DNA of 64,000 bases, from positions 12,338,001-12,402,000 of the forward strand of contig CM120649.1 of assembly GCA_051362555.1 (NCBI GenBank), written 5' to 3'. The DNA is from Lingula anatina. Its lineage: Eukaryota > Animalia > Brachiopoda. The notes under the pieces were generated by a model that was not told the DNA's origin, made no database searches, and saw only the letters and a program-made list of their open reading frames with translations. Shown here in pieces: positions 25,199 through 38,209 of this stretch. Within the stretch, counting starts at the first letter, position 1, and the number at the start of each line of letters is the position of its first letter. Made by a program: the position numbers and the translations under genes.

Positions 25199-25813
25199 TA
25201 GGATACTTAAAACCCCTGAAATAATCAAGTTTACAGCGTATCACTTTCAAACCACCCCCTACTTCAACTGACCAGCGGACCACCTCATGTGCACAACACG
25301 TCCAGTCTGGTGATTCTACTGACCACTACTCAGCGAACGGGCTATCATAGCTGTGGCCAAGCACGATCTCTAAAAACCCCTTTAAACCCCCTTTACACTG
25401 GACGGCGTCCTTTCTGCGTCCTTTGTGCGACCATGAAACTGGCCAGGTCGCCGTCGGACGCTCAAAGAACGCACAGTGATCGCCAAGGTCGCACAAAGAA
25501 CGTTCAAGCATCGTCCGAGGACGCCATGGACGCCGCGAAGTTTTGAGCATGTTCAAAACAATCGCAGAGAGAATGGAGGATGGTCGCTCAATGGACGCAG
25601 AAAGGACGCACAAGCATCGCCGTGGTCGCAGAGAGGACGCACAAGCATCGCCGCGGTCGCAGAGAGGACGCACAAGCATCGCCGCGGTCGTAGAAAGGAG
25701 GCACAAGCATCGCTTTGGCTGCAGAATGAGAACTCAAAGATCGTCCAGTGTTCGGCACGTAGAACACTTTTTTTTTTTAATGTGAAAATAGTTTCATTGG
25801 ATCTAAGTTTTGA

Positions 25814-26029
25814 TAGTCAGAAAGGTTTCATTTATGCTAGATCCTGAAATAGAAGGGGGGAGGGGGCGAGAGGGGCTAACAAGTCATCATCAAGACTGAG
25901 ATAATTACCTGTTCACCTTCACCTGAACAGGTAATTCAGTTATGACCAAGTCTGTCAGAGTGAACAGACGAAACAGTCAACAGGTAAATCAAATTTCAGG
26001 ATCTAGCATAAATGAAACCTTTCTGACTA
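25814..26029. mobile_element. MITE with 37-bp perfect TIR
   Basis: TAGTCAGAAAGGTTTCATTTATGCTAGATCCTGAAAT (25814-25850) is inverted at 25993-26029; no clear TSD. Confidence 0.7.
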
Positions 26030-26265
26030 CTATTTTTTTTCACTGCCAAACGGGGCCATGCTGAGGTATTTTTCACCAGACAGAATTTCTAAGGGCAACA
26101 GTGGTCTCATATCAGCCTCCGATTGTTTTTTCCCCTAAGATACATGAAACAATCAATTTTTTTTGAGGTTATTATAAAACGAATATTTTGCTTTTTTTAC
26201 AAGATGCATTAATTGTCAGAACTTTTTGCAGAATGCGTCATTTGAAAACGGATTCAAATATTCTA

Positions 26266-27644
26266 CACACACTGGACAATAGAAGTGCCACCCCTACTGA
26301 ACCAATACTATGGGGGAGATAAATGACTGTGTAATGATATGCTCCTGGTATCATTTTATTAACATCAAATTTCACAAAAAATCACAAAATGAGAACAAAA
26401 TATACATTCTACCAAAATATGCAGTTTCAAGTCCAAAATTAGTACTTAGTGGCATAGCCACGTGACCTAACAACAGGTGCCAGTCTACGAGGCAAGGATT
26501 CATATAATTGTCTGATGCGGTAAGGGCTTATGCTGGCCCAAGCATGAAACACTGAATATAATAGAGTTTCTCTGCTGGTTAGACGGGTATTTGTCAAAAG
26601 TTTTGACATATCATTCCACACATTTTCTATTATGTTTGCATCCGGACTCTGGGCAGGCCACATCACCCTGCCAATGTCCTGTTGGTCAAACCAATCATCA
26701 ACTGCTCTGGGCCTGTGACAAGGAGCATTGTCATCCTGGTGAACAAATGGATAATTCCTGTCACCAAACATGTTAGTAATAGATGGTAGCAAGCCTGACT
26801 CCAAAACGTCGATATATTTCTAGTGATTCATGTTTCCATCAACCACTATCAATTCGCCCACGCCATGGATGCTGATGCAGCCCCACACCATGATGAATAT
26901 GCTGCTCCGGGTTCGAAAATTCAGTGCATGTGGTTCAAATGCTTTACCAGCAGTTCGCCAGCATCGTACCCGTCTGTCATCAGAGGTCAGACCAAAGCGA
27001 CACTCATCAGAAAAAAATATATAGGACCAATTGTCATGGACTGTCCAGTTCCAGATCCTGTTGACCCTAGTTCACTCTACGTTGCCTGTTTTGTGACGAT
27101 ATAAGAGGTTTCAGTCTTGCTACCCTGCTGTACACTCTATGAGCATGTAACCGACGCCTAGCAATTTTCACAGACACATTCTTATGTGTGAAATTGTTCC
27201 ACTGTGTTGTCAACTGACAAGCAGTGTCGTTTGTTGATAACCTGGACATCAAATTCAGTCGTCGGTCTTCATGGCCAGTAGTTTTTCTTGGACGACCCAT
27301 CAGACGCAATTTGTCTCTTGATCCAGTGTTTCTATACCGAGACCAGACCCTCTGCACGGTTCTGACTGAACAATTCAATTGTATCGATATTCTGACATTG
27401 CTTATATTCCGCCTCTTCAGGTTAATAACTTGCACCTATAACCGTTACATAAGTTACTGTATCTTGCCATATTGGAGGAATAACATTTACTGTACATGTA
27501 CAAGACCAACAATACAATTCCATGGTATAGCGGTTTTATACTCATTAGTCACATTATAAGTAGACCAGGCATTATAACTACCCAAGATCTGCCTACTTTT
27601 ATTACTCTGAGTTAGGGGGTGACACTTCTATTGTCCAGTGTGTG
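26266..27644 (-). mobile_element. Full-length but inactive Tc1-family (DD34E-type) transposon
   Basis: TIR CACACACTGGACAATAGAAGTG.CACCCC with TA TSD. Transposase ~27470-26439 has HTH/GRPRKTT, FSDE, MVWGCI, HQDDNAPCH and WPAQSPDANIIENVW, broken by a 5' frameshift and TAG stops at ~27067 and ~26820. Confidence 0.93.
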
Positions 27645-27650
27645 TATGTT

Positions 27651-30428
27651 CAGCCCGGGAGCCACTGGCTGATTTGACGGTTATTTTGGAAAATATTAGA
27701 TTTGGCCTCGTTTTCAAAACGTGGAGTGGTAGCCCCAAAAAAAAATTGGCGGGAGACGAAGGCATAGAGACAGGTAAGTTGTACATGTGTTTGTGGAATG
27801 AACAGTAGATTTAAATACTAATGAATTTGACGGGACAATACAGTATATGCTTAAGTTACATCTTATACACCGAATTAGTCTTCGTGTATCGATTTCACTG
27901 AGTATTCTCTAAAGTTACTGGCGATTAGCAAAATGGCCGCACACAAAACGTCATTGTAAACATTGACTTTTGAACTGTGCCAAATGCAGCTTAAGGGTTT
28001 TTTTCTTTATCTGTTCCTGTTTTTTCATAGTTTGGCAATATTTTTTGAACATATCAAATTTTTAAGATGTGCGATGGCCTGTAATTTGTAGAATTTCAAC
28101 ATTTCCAACAAGCTGTATATTCACCGTGCCGGGTACCTATCATTTAGTTGATCGAGTGATGGCAGTGGCTTTCTGGTCTCATGCATGGAATGAATGTCAC
28201 CGTATAAGTGAAATGTTTGAATCTTGGCTTCTCATGCAATTTCTTCGTGTTTTAATGTGAAAAGGATGAAGTGGATTGCGAAATAACATTGTCATCCAAC
28301 CTGCATACACGTACTAGTATACGTACTGTATGTGCATATCGTGGTGTACCAGTACTTGTTTGCAAAGCGGTGGGGAGGGGGGGGGGGGGCATTGGTACCA
28401 GTAGTTGTGAAAGATACAGTATTGTAAACTAACCATAGGCATGTTTTGAAATATATGAATCGTAAATTATGTCTTTTTTGCTGGGGGCGGGGGGGGGGGG
28501 GGGGGTTAAATATATCAATTGTGTTAATTTTTTTAGAAAAAAAAACATGTAAACACAAAATAAGTTTTATTGCATTGGTTGGGGGTTTTGAGGAGAAGAA
28601 TGTCATAAAAATGCAAGATTAAAAAAGGTGAATAATATATGTATGTGTGTATGTACATTAAATGAAACAGGCTCTTCAATGATGAGGGCATATGATAGTG
28701 ATGTGGTGCTCTGACTTGCATGTGTTTTCTAATTTTTTCATGCCTTGATTCAAATTGGGTTTTTGAATTATGATGGGTGTGCAACTTTGCCCAAAGTTCA
28801 GTTTCAAATGTTTTTTTAATAATCACTGTTATGAATTACTAAGTACTAGTATAAATAGTGCAGTTTAAGGTTAAGATTGTAAATATAGTGCTGTTTAAGA
28901 TTAATTGTTACAGTTTACCTATTACAAAGATTGCAATAAATTATGATTAATTTCAGTGTGTATGTGTGTGAGCAATTGATAAATGTAGTTAGAATTTTTT
29001 TTATGATATTCTTTTAAAAACTCTATTATTTATTCTAGGCTTGAATAGCATGAATGGGACCAGGATTATTCCTTTTGCCGTGCAATTATCATAACAAAAG
29101 CGCCCATCATTTCCAAATGCTGTGTGGCAATGAACACCACAACCTCTGGGATACTTCTAAGGGATGAAAAATATGTGCTCTTGCTAATATAAATAGTTAT
29201 TGGTTATCAGTACATAGAAATGCAGTTTGTGAAATCAATTTAGGTTTTAACCACATGAAGTTAGTTAAAAGTGTATGTGCAACTAAGTTAACAATACATT
29301 GTTTTATTTTTACTGTGCAGGTTTTTTTATATACTGTATGTGTAGCTTATAGATAATATCTACTTATCAGAATACAAGTAAAACAAGTTTATTCAAATGC
29401 AAATATGGATTGATACCTGGTATCACTGAAAGAAAATTAACATGACATATTTGGGAAAATTTATGAAATTATATTATTTGTAAAAATTCTGGTCCACTGT
29501 GTAAAGGGAAATTGTGTGTTAGATGGTTAAATATATATAAATGTGTACCAATCAAGTAAAGTAGCATTGAATTATCACCTACTGGGTAATTAATGTACAA
29601 TGTAATGTAAAATAACTATTTTGCAATGTACATGTCTCACTGGTAAAATATTTCAGGCTAGTTGAATTTTATGTAAAATTAAAATAAAATATATAGCAAT
29701 GTGATTAAATGTAAATTGTCTTTCATTTGTTATTTTTCATATTTAATGAAAGGAATACCCTCATCAGTTGGCCTCATGTAATAAAAAGGTTTATCTACAA
29801 TGAAAAAAAATGTTAAAGTTCATTTGTATTAGCACCGTGGTAAGTGCCAAGAAAAAAATTATTTCATTGTCCCCAATACCCAGTTGCTCTATATAAGTAA
29901 TACTGTGTGAAGGAAAAACTAAAACGAGACTGAAGCTCATGAGAAAGCACTAAGTCAAAGCGAGGCTTATATGCGGATATCGTAAGGGAGAGTTTTCAGG
30001 CTGACATGGCCGTGAATTGATTTGTGCCATTCACAGCTTAAGGCAAAGTTCTTTACATGCTTACATTGACAGAAAGCTGAATAAATTTTCCACAACTTGT
30101 AGTAATTTCAAGTTGTGCGGAGGCCTCTATAGGTACAAAAATCAAAATCAAAAACGAACTTCCGTAATAGCTTTAATAAAATTTCGATTTCAAACTCATT
30201 TTTCAACATTAAATATGCTGTAGATCAACTTTTGGGTCATCTCACATTATTCGAAATTTATTTCTCAATATGACAATGTACATATTGTAACCCCAAGTAC
30301 GTTAATAGCCGAGATAATACACCGTTTATGACACCCTATAAATCTCAAAAAATATTGCCCAATTCAAATTCTCGAACTTCCGGTTTGTTTAATAGCCACC
30401 TAGCGGCAGACCAGTGGCTCCCGGGCTG
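27651..30428. mobile_element. Unclassified 2.8-kb non-autonomous DNA transposon with 18-bp perfect TIR
   Basis: CAGCCCGGGAGCCACTGG (27651-27668) ... CCAGTGGCTCCCGGGCTG (30411-30428). Only a 2-bp TT duplication is visible. AT-rich interior without a transposase ORF. Confidence 0.65.
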
Positions 30429-31031
30429 TTGTGTCAGTCACACTTTTTCGTTTTAGGCGCCTGTCCATCCTTCTAATAAGAATAACAATGAGCATCTGGC
30501 TGATTATCAGTCCATGCAGACCTTACATCACAATAGTTTAAAGCGTTTATTCCCATTTATTTGTTTTGTGTGGAAATGTTCTTTATTGGATGACCTGGTT
30601 AGAACCGATGAAAAAATACGAGTTAGAATATAGAGAAGGACGTCCAAACAACGCTCATCGGTCAAGCAGGATGCAGAATGATCTTAGAATAGACGCCACT
30701 GATCGCCGATGAAGGTACAGAAAACGCAGCAAGGATGCTCAATGGTTGCTCAAACATCGCAGTGGACGCCTTGGGTTGCACAGGGGACGTACAGTGGAGG
30801 CAGGCAGGTTGCTCGCAGTTTTACAGGTAAAATCAAGATTCGGTCGTTCAAAGGACGCACAAGGGACGCAGACGCCTTTACACCGAGACACGATTTAATT
30901 GCTTTGGCGACCGTTGAGCGTCCTGACCACATTTTTGAACGCAGAAGGGACGCAGAAAGGACGCCGTCCAGTGTAAAGGGGCCTTAAATGACATGACAGT
31001 ACAGTAGCGTCGAACGCCAGCGCTCGTTTTA

Positions 31032-31239
31032 GCCCCCTTTTACATTAGACGGCGTCCTTGCTGCGTCCCGTAGTACGGCTCCGTTTGACGGTAAAAAATA
31101 CTTTACGTGCTGACAATTCGCCTATCATTAAGCATTCATTTTGCAACCAAAACGATGCTTGTGCCTCCTTTTTACGACCACTGTGATGCCAGTTTCTCAC
31201 AAAGGATGCGGAAAGGACGCCGTCCAGTGTAAAGGGGGT
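31032..31239 (-). mobile_element. Internally deleted MITE of the same family as 25386-30983, opposite orientation
   Basis: Ends GCCCCCTTTTACATTAGACGGCGTCC...GGACGCCGTCCAGTGTAAAGGGGGT; TSD TTA. Confidence 0.8.
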
Positions 31240-31811
31240 TTAGTGGCAGTATTCGTTGGCTGTTTGAAAGAGACTTGAAAATTACTGGCAGCCACAAAAT
31301 GAGCGTTTAGACCTCTAAATATTAAAATTTTTAATTTTCCTGAAAATTTCATGACTTTTCTCTTCATCCCAAAGGTAAACCATATAAAAACTAAATAAAC
31401 GAATTTCAAATCTTTGAGACAATCTCGTAAAAACGGACACGGGCGAATTTCAAATAAGATCTGCTGTTTATTGATTTATGCATGCCATGTTGTTATACAG
31501 GCACAATGTACGGTAAGCTGATATGATGCCTGAAAACAAAATGCATCGAAAATGCTACTGTGTAAAAACCTAACTGAAAAAACATTCCTGACAACCATAA
31601 ATTAGTTCTGACTGAGAGGCCATTCCGTTATTACAGTTCTGGCAAAATCTTGTACAGTATTGCGTAATGTCACATTGCATAATCGACATCTCTTCTAATG
31701 AAATCTTTTATGCTTGTGTAATTGATAACTTTTTATACTGCGCACAACGCAATCCGTAATTCCATAGTTCGTGTCAGCTTTACGTAAAGTCGCTCAAATA
31801 AAAAGGACACA

Positions 31812-32169
31812 CGTAATGACCAGTTTAACGGTTTATTTGATGACGCTCGCTACCTACAGGATCTATATGGAACCACCATATGGAACCACCTCCCATGGCT
31901 CGCGCCCGTCTTCCTAGCTCTCCCAAGCGGTCTCCTTAAATCTTTCTCAATCTGAACTCCCAGATATTACTTCAGAACGTCTTATATACAAATTCCTTAG
32001 CTATGGTGGATTCAGTGCTGCACTATACCAGAGGTAAAATTGCAGGGTCTAACAGACAAGGCTAAACAACTTGACATCATTCTAAATCCACCCTCTGCAC
32101 AGGCAAACGAAGTAAGAAGTTCTATAAGTAAAATTATGAAAAAACGCAATTAATACGCTAAGGATTACA
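31812..32169 (-). mobile_element. Probable solo LTR
   Basis: Minus strand begins TGTAATCC and ends GTCATTACG (one change from the canonical ..TTACA). TATATAAG at 31988-31981 and AATAAA at 31837-31832 are in LTR order. Flanks CACA / CCCA. Confidence 0.5.
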
Positions 32170-33279
32170 CCCATTCCACTTAGAATATATATTGTATAAC
32201 ATCATATACGTACAATTTTCTTTTTTAATTTATTTACTATTGTTACTATTTTTCAATATAAATATATATGTAATACATAGTAGTTAGAGAACCTTTAAAT
32301 TTAAAATCATTTCTGTGCTCAATAAATTATTATTATTATATTATTATTATTTGGCGTTAGTTACTAAATTTAATTACTCAAATTGCACACACCCACTTGC
32401 GTTGTATAATAACACGTAAGGCCACAAAACGAGTCGAGTGCACAGGCAAGTGACTTCATTAAAATTAATTAACAAGTCTGTGGATTATATTTGAGAACCG
32501 AACACTCTACTGGAATTATTTTGTATAAACTGGCCTCTGAACGTTTCAAAGCACTAGTAGTTGCAGTAAATTAAAGGAGCAACATTTGACGTCAATAATC
32601 AATATGCCTGCCGTGGCAAAGACATCAGATAGGGTGGGTATAAATATGACAGCCGAGCTTGCCAGAACATTGTCAAATTTAAAAAAGTTATGAGAGATAT
32701 CTATTGTAATAAGAACAATACAATGTGTTATTTGTCCAGTAAAGAGCTTACGTAGTTTTTTTAATGGTGTTGGTTGTAAATGTAACAGATGTTGAGGCGA
32801 ATACTATGGCTTGTAAACTGACCGATCAGCAAATACACATTTTTAATTAAAACTCTGTTACCTCTCTTGACACTTCACTTATCTTTACAGAACATAATGC
32901 GTCATCATTGGCTCTTTTGAAAATTAAAAAAAAAATGAGCGATGGCAGCAATCAAAACAGCCACACGAGTCAAAAGATTACAAAATCCTCAAATGTCTTG
33001 ATACTGCTATATATAGCACTATAATGATGTCACAGCTTGTCACTCATCAAAAATGTGTTCGGTTTCCCAACAGGCATCTGAAAGGCTGATAATAAGCCGA
33101 CAAACCTGTGGAGAGGTGAATTAACCTTGGGTAGTAACAAGCTGATCAGCAGAATATCCAGCAAGATAAAATCACTTGGACAGCTACTTTTATCCTAGGA
33201 GGTCTCTCTTTCGCTTTGACAACCACTTGCACTTGAATGACTTCTATAAAACCACCTCCATAATAATTAATGGAGGGCC

Positions 33280-34050
33280 TTAAAAAAAATTGGTATTTTA
33301 GAGGGCAAACGGTGCCATTTGGAACTGTGATTCAGATAGTCAAAATTCTCATTTCAAACGGGGACCATTGGTGTTTTTTTTCAGAAATCGAAGGGGTTTT
33401 CATCAGATTTGATGCAATATTATATCCGCTCACTACTTTACAGCATAATCACCACCAAATTTTAATTGTGAATTACAGCAAAACACTAATATTAAAATAT
33501 TACTGCCTGCATTTTTTGTCAAACCAACCATCATGTAATGGTCTGTGTACCTTGTAGGTCATTTTCATATCACCCGCCGCTCATTGCATAACCTCCTCCA
33601 TATAGATATCCACTGCATCATCAATGTTTTCGTGCACACATTGCTCGAATTCATTTTAAAGCATGGCCATTGACATATTATAACCTGGTTTTCCAAAGAA
33701 TCAATCTATTCCTTCCTCACTCAAGACAAACTTGAAGTAGGGTGTCAGGTTACTGTGGTACTTGCACAAGTGTTTACATTCTTATTTTTACAGTTCATCA
33801 CACATTATGGAGGGAAATGATCCGACATATCTATGTTCATAACCTCAAGGTGTGTGACTGTGTCATAAAGCTCCGTGTCCGTAATAACGTAGTCTCTTTC
33901 ATACCAATCGGCTACATGTTCCGCTCCATCAATTTAGATAAAGCCATTTTAAACCGTTTCAGTCCTTGCCTTCATATCTCCCACTAACATAAAATATGCT
34001 TTCATTCCAAGCAACCATTCACCCAATATCTGCATTCCATTTACATGATT
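33280..34050 (-). mobile_element. Decayed LINE ORF2 fragment (APE endonuclease C-terminus and linker)
   Basis: Minus-strand frames with stops give FMLVGDMKART (GDxNAR motif), DYVIT...MSDHFP (DY...SDH motif), then GWFDKKCRQ and ENPFDF, typical of the LINE endonuclease-RT linker. Confidence 0.65.
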
Positions 34051-34093
34051 TTGCTAATAAATACTAGCCCCTTGAGGTAAAACACACACAGCA

Positions 34094-34259
34094 CAGGGGC
34101 ATAACCAGACCATTTAAAATTGTACGCACAGATTTTGAAAATTCCCAGGTACGATTATATTCCGTGAAAAATACACTGAATTTATGTAGAATAATATCAT
34201 GGTTGGCTCAAAAAATTGTACGCACAGTGCATCCGTGCGTATGCCTGGTTACGCCCCTG
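34094..34259. mobile_element. hAT-like MITE
   Basis: TIR CAGGGGCATAACCAG...CTGGTTACGCCCCTG; CAGCA is repeated on both flanks (a full 8-bp TSD is not intact). Confidence 0.55.
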
Positions 34260-34379
34260 CAGCACTAAGTACAATATTTTTGTCAAGCCCTGTGACCTAC
34301 TTGACTAATACATGTAGTAGGGCGACAGTGTCTAATTTAGGGGGATAGGTTTCTTTTAGACCATTTACTAAACGCTCTT

Positions 34380-35345
34380 TAATATACAGGGTTACTACCA
34401 GGAACCGTTAGTAAAGTCCTCCAAAGAAATGCTACAACAGGGGCACCTACTCCAGTACCTCGACCAGGGTGTCCGCGTATCACACCAAGAAGACAGGATC
34501 GCCTTCTCCTTAGAGTGCGCCGTGCTGGTCGTACAAAGACAACCAGTAGGGACACCACTGTTAACAGCAGGTTATACAGCGCCGTCTGCAATGGGCTGGG
34601 GACCACGTGCGTTTTTAGCCAAAACAATGGAATCACGTCGTTTTCGGTCATGAGGCCAGATATGGAGTTTTTAGGGTTGACGGTCGAATCCGTGTCCGAC
34701 GACGTGTACGAGGGACATAAAACAATGATTGTGTACTGTCTAGGGTGCAAGCAGGGGGTAGTAACGTCTCTGTTTGGGGAGCATTTCATGCCGGTGCCCA
34801 GAACCAGTTGGTTTTTCTAGGAGGCAACCTCAACCAGAGTTCCTACAGAGACATTCTACAGCAAACAATGCTTCAATTTGTAAGAGTCATCTTCAGGAAC
34901 AACTTTGTGGACCAAGACGACTGCGCAACCACACATCGAGCCCGTAGAATCACTGTTTTTCTTCGAAACCAATGGATTCAGCAACTGCCCTGGCCTGCAA
35001 ACTCCCCAGTTATGAACCCAATTGAAAATCTGTGGGCGGAAGTAACTCACAGAATTAATAGCTGTGGTCATCGGCCGGTAAATAGTGATGAACTACGACA
35101 GGCAAATATCACTGCGTGGAATGATATCCCCATCCAAACTCTAAAAAAATTGTCACAGGGTATGCCATGTAGGATGAGGGCGCTGCAAGCGGCTGCTGGA
35201 GGTGATACCCGCTATTGATGACTTTTCATGCAATGAGTTCTTTGACTGTGTAACATATCACTGTCCGGAGGCTATCATTTTCTTTAATATCTTAGCTTAA
35301 AATTAATACTGACATTAAACTGTTGATACGGTTTTCTGGGGGTGT
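34380..35345 (+). pseudogene. Degenerate Tc1-family transposase remnant
   Basis: Frameshifted pieces: TVSKVLQR...RPGCPRITPRRQDRLLLR, AGGSNVSVWGAF, DQDDCATTHRA, WPANSPVMNPIENLW, SQGMPCRMRALQAAAGGDTRY* (stop at 35218). Confidence 0.85.
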
Positions 35346-36622
35346 TCTTTTCTTTTGAATGACATCTTATGTCAGATTTGATATCATTGACCAAAATATC
35401 TCACAAAAGAAGACTGGATATTTTTGTCACTCAATAACATACTTTTTTGATGAATTAAGCCAAAAGATTTTTGATCAGCACTCAAAAATAATAATGATAA
35501 AAAATATTCCGTATTAAGTAGTAATCCTGTACTAATATTCTACAATAAGCATAACATAGATATCCTGATAGCCAGTCTTTCCATTCCGATATACCATAAA
35601 CCCATGTTTCAACCAAGTTATGATTTAATACTCTTTCAAAGACAGTTTTAACTCATTATCATTTTTGTGCCCTCTCATTCCATGCACGCTCCAGTAAAAT
35701 ACCCTCAACTGGGGTAGCGCAAACACTCGCGAACTATTGCTAACACAAATGCTAAAACTGACTTGAATTGGCTAACAAAAAGGGCTTGATTTGATTTCTT
35801 TTAATCAAATTACAACCATTTGGATGACAAATTGAAAAAAGTGGTGGTTTGGCCATGCAAAAAGAAAAAAAAAAAAAATCCTAGCGTTACCACTCTATAT
35901 ACTAGAGGCCAGTTGAGTGATATGATAATTTCATTCTAAAACTCTCGCAGGAAAGAATAATGTATTAGCTGAGTGAGCTAGAGACACATCTGTGAATACC
36001 TAGTGAAAAAAGTCAATTCTGTGACTCTGGTAGAATATACGTGATGTATGATTGGATAGTTTTTATAGAAATGAGGACAATGCGTGCACCACGTCACCAA
36101 CAGTATATTAGTGGCTGTACGAGTATTCCAAGTCAGAATACGGAAACGGGTGAATGTTGAACTGCAGAGAAGATGTACATTGGTGAGTGATCAACTTAAG
36201 TTTTATTTTCAGTTTCTTCGTCATTTCAATACTTTTTTAAAAAATAATCTTTCTTTACTGATTGGCGTTTTCATGCTAGTATAACCCAGTTAACTTTTTA
36301 TGCAGACACTGTAAACCTCCCCCCCCCCCCTTTCATTCATCTGTTAACCCCTTATCGGAGAAGCCAGTAATTGTTTTGTCTCCGAAGCATAAGCATGAAT
36401 TAATGAAATGACTTGACAAACACAATAGCATGTAGGTTGATTGATATTTGTCCATTTTATTTATGCTAAACCAAAGTGAGAAATATAACGAAATTTACTT
36501 TAACTAATTGACTAAAAAATAAAAATGTCCATTTGCAAATGATTGAAAGTGATGAGGTGCTACTCAGATGATCAGAGACAAAATTGTTCAGATTGTGGAG
36601 AGGACAAACTAAGGCAGAACAG

Positions 36623-37624
36623 ATGGCAGAGCTTAATGCAACTTTGGCAAATGGCACCGATGTGCTAGGCATAGCCCCTGAGTACAAATATTATCTATGG
36701 ATAGCAAATATCATAATTTCCCTCTGTGCACTGGTAGGAGTAACTCTGAACTCTCTTGCGCTTGCTGTTTTTTACAAAAGCATTGAGTACAACAAGACTT
36801 CGTACCTTCTCTTTTGCTTAACAATAAATGACAATATATTTCTAGTACTTCGCGCCTTACAATTTATCATTGTAACCATCTATCTTTATCATGCCGAAGT
36901 AAGAAGTACCAAATTACTAACAAGCATAAGTGGAATACAGGTCGCAGTTTATTTTTTCATGACATTACAGACCTACTTTGCTGCACTCATCTCTCAAGAA
37001 CGCTTCTACTCTGTCAAAAGACTTTACAATATACAAAGCAAAATACCACTGACAAAAAAAGAAAAGCTGTTCCCCCTATCTGTGGTGATCATTGGACTCT
37101 TAATATCCAATGTTCTTAAGGTGCCGGATATTGATCATTTGGAAATCGATGAGTGCAAAGATGCAGCTCTCTGTCCATCATTGATTCTAAAACAGGGACC
37201 AAACTGGAAGATATACTCGATTGTATTCAGAATTGTTTTAGAATTTCAAATTATTATTTTGTTGCCAGTGGGGATGTTTATGTATTACACAGTCAAGACT
37301 TTCAAGAAACTGTTCTATCAACATCCCATATTGCCCGCCAGCACGCTCAATGCAGCTAAAGTTGCACAACGCAAAAAACAACACCGGGAAATGTTGGAGA
37401 TTGTGATAATTATTGCAGCATTAATGATGATAAACACTATACTGCATGTTGCAGTGCAGATCAAAAATGTTTTTCCGCAGATAGGTCCAAGTGTGTCTCC
37501 TCTTGCTATATTCTGGGTTTTGGTGTTCAATGCAATCAGCTCCTCATTAAACTTTGTTGTCTACGGCATCTTTGGGTCTCTATTTAGAAAAGAATTGAAG
37601 AAAATCTGCTGTTGTCAGACATAA
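36623..37624 (+). CDS. Orphan rhodopsin-family (class A) GPCR, FMRFamide-receptor/Srw-like, intronless CDS, 333 aa from the first ATG
   Basis: Seven hydrophobic segments; N-terminal NAT/NGT sequons; TM1 GxxLN, TM2 LxxxD, TM3 ERF, TM5 P, TM7 SSLNFVVY..FG..FR; C-terminal CCC. Possible 5'UTR intron 36183-36590. Confidence 0.88.
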   Translation: MAELNATLANGTDVLGIAPEYKYYLWIANIIISLCALVGVTLNSLALAVFYKSIEYNKTSYLLFCLTINDNIFLVLRALQFIIVTIYLYHAEVRSTKLLTSISGIQVAVYFFMTLQTYFAALISQERFYSVKRLYNIQSKIPLTKKEKLFPLSVVIIGLLISNVLKVPDIDHLEIDECKDAALCPSLILKQGPNWKIYSIVFRIVLEFQIIILLPVGMFMYYTVKTFKKLFYQHPILPASTLNAAKVAQRKKQHREMLEIVIIIAALMMINTILHVAVQIKNVFPQIGPSVSPLAIFWVLVFNAISSSLNFVVYGIFGSLFRKELKKICCCQT

Positions 37625-37994
37625 AAAACATATATACTTAACAAAAAAGAAAGAAAAACTTCACAAAGACAAACAAGCCATGAGACAGGAATACCCCTAA
37701 GCCTTTTCATATTTAGAAAAAAGACGGACATAAGGCTAAATGGCCTCATTTGACAATATACCTGAAGAAGTACTTCCATTGCATATCGTTTTAGAGACAA
37801 AGGTGAACAGGAAGCCGTATTTACACATTTACTACTGTAACTTTAACTAGCAAAGAAAACAGATTAATATATTAAAAACTTGAACTATGAAAGAGGGGGG
37901 GGGGGGGAGATTAAAAAGGACCCTGATTGACATGATACAAACTTGGGAGATAACATTCGGCCCATGGATACATGTGTTAGGCTACTCCAACTAG

Positions 37995-38209
37995 GACCCC
38001 ATTCCCAGAGATAAGATCGATCTACTTAAGATCGACCTAACTCCCTGGGGGTTCACGCTAAATAGCTGTCAGCCGAGCGGGCATGAAAGTTAATTACCCC
38101 CTTAGAGCTTGTAGTAGGCGGGACGGACATTTAAGCCGGATTATCTGACAGTTATCTAGTGAGTCACCCCGCGGGGATAGATCGATCTAAAAGCTCTGGG
38201 AATATGCCC
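37995..38209 (-). mobile_element. 215-bp MITE family A, copy 2
   Basis: Reverse-complement homolog of 24984-25198; TSD TAG. Confidence 0.85.

Larger units (their letters stand above)
25386..30983. mobile_element. PIF/Harbinger-type element whose termini enclose nested insertions
   Basis: ~36-bp TIR (A/G)(C/G)CCCCTTTACACTGGACGGCGTCCTTTCTGCGTCC at 25386 and inverted at 30983. GC-rich subterminal arms with a 31-bp tandem repeat (x3.5, 25603-25713). The flanks are TAA and TTA, so not an exact TSD. Confidence 0.6.

Noticed and set aside
25289-25847. Overlapping Arg-rich ORFs (85-126 aa)
   Set aside because: Products of the GC-rich 31-bp subterminal repeat of a transposon end.
26266-27644. Active Tc1 transposase
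   Set aside because: One frameshift and two in-frame stops; it could only be mobilised in trans.
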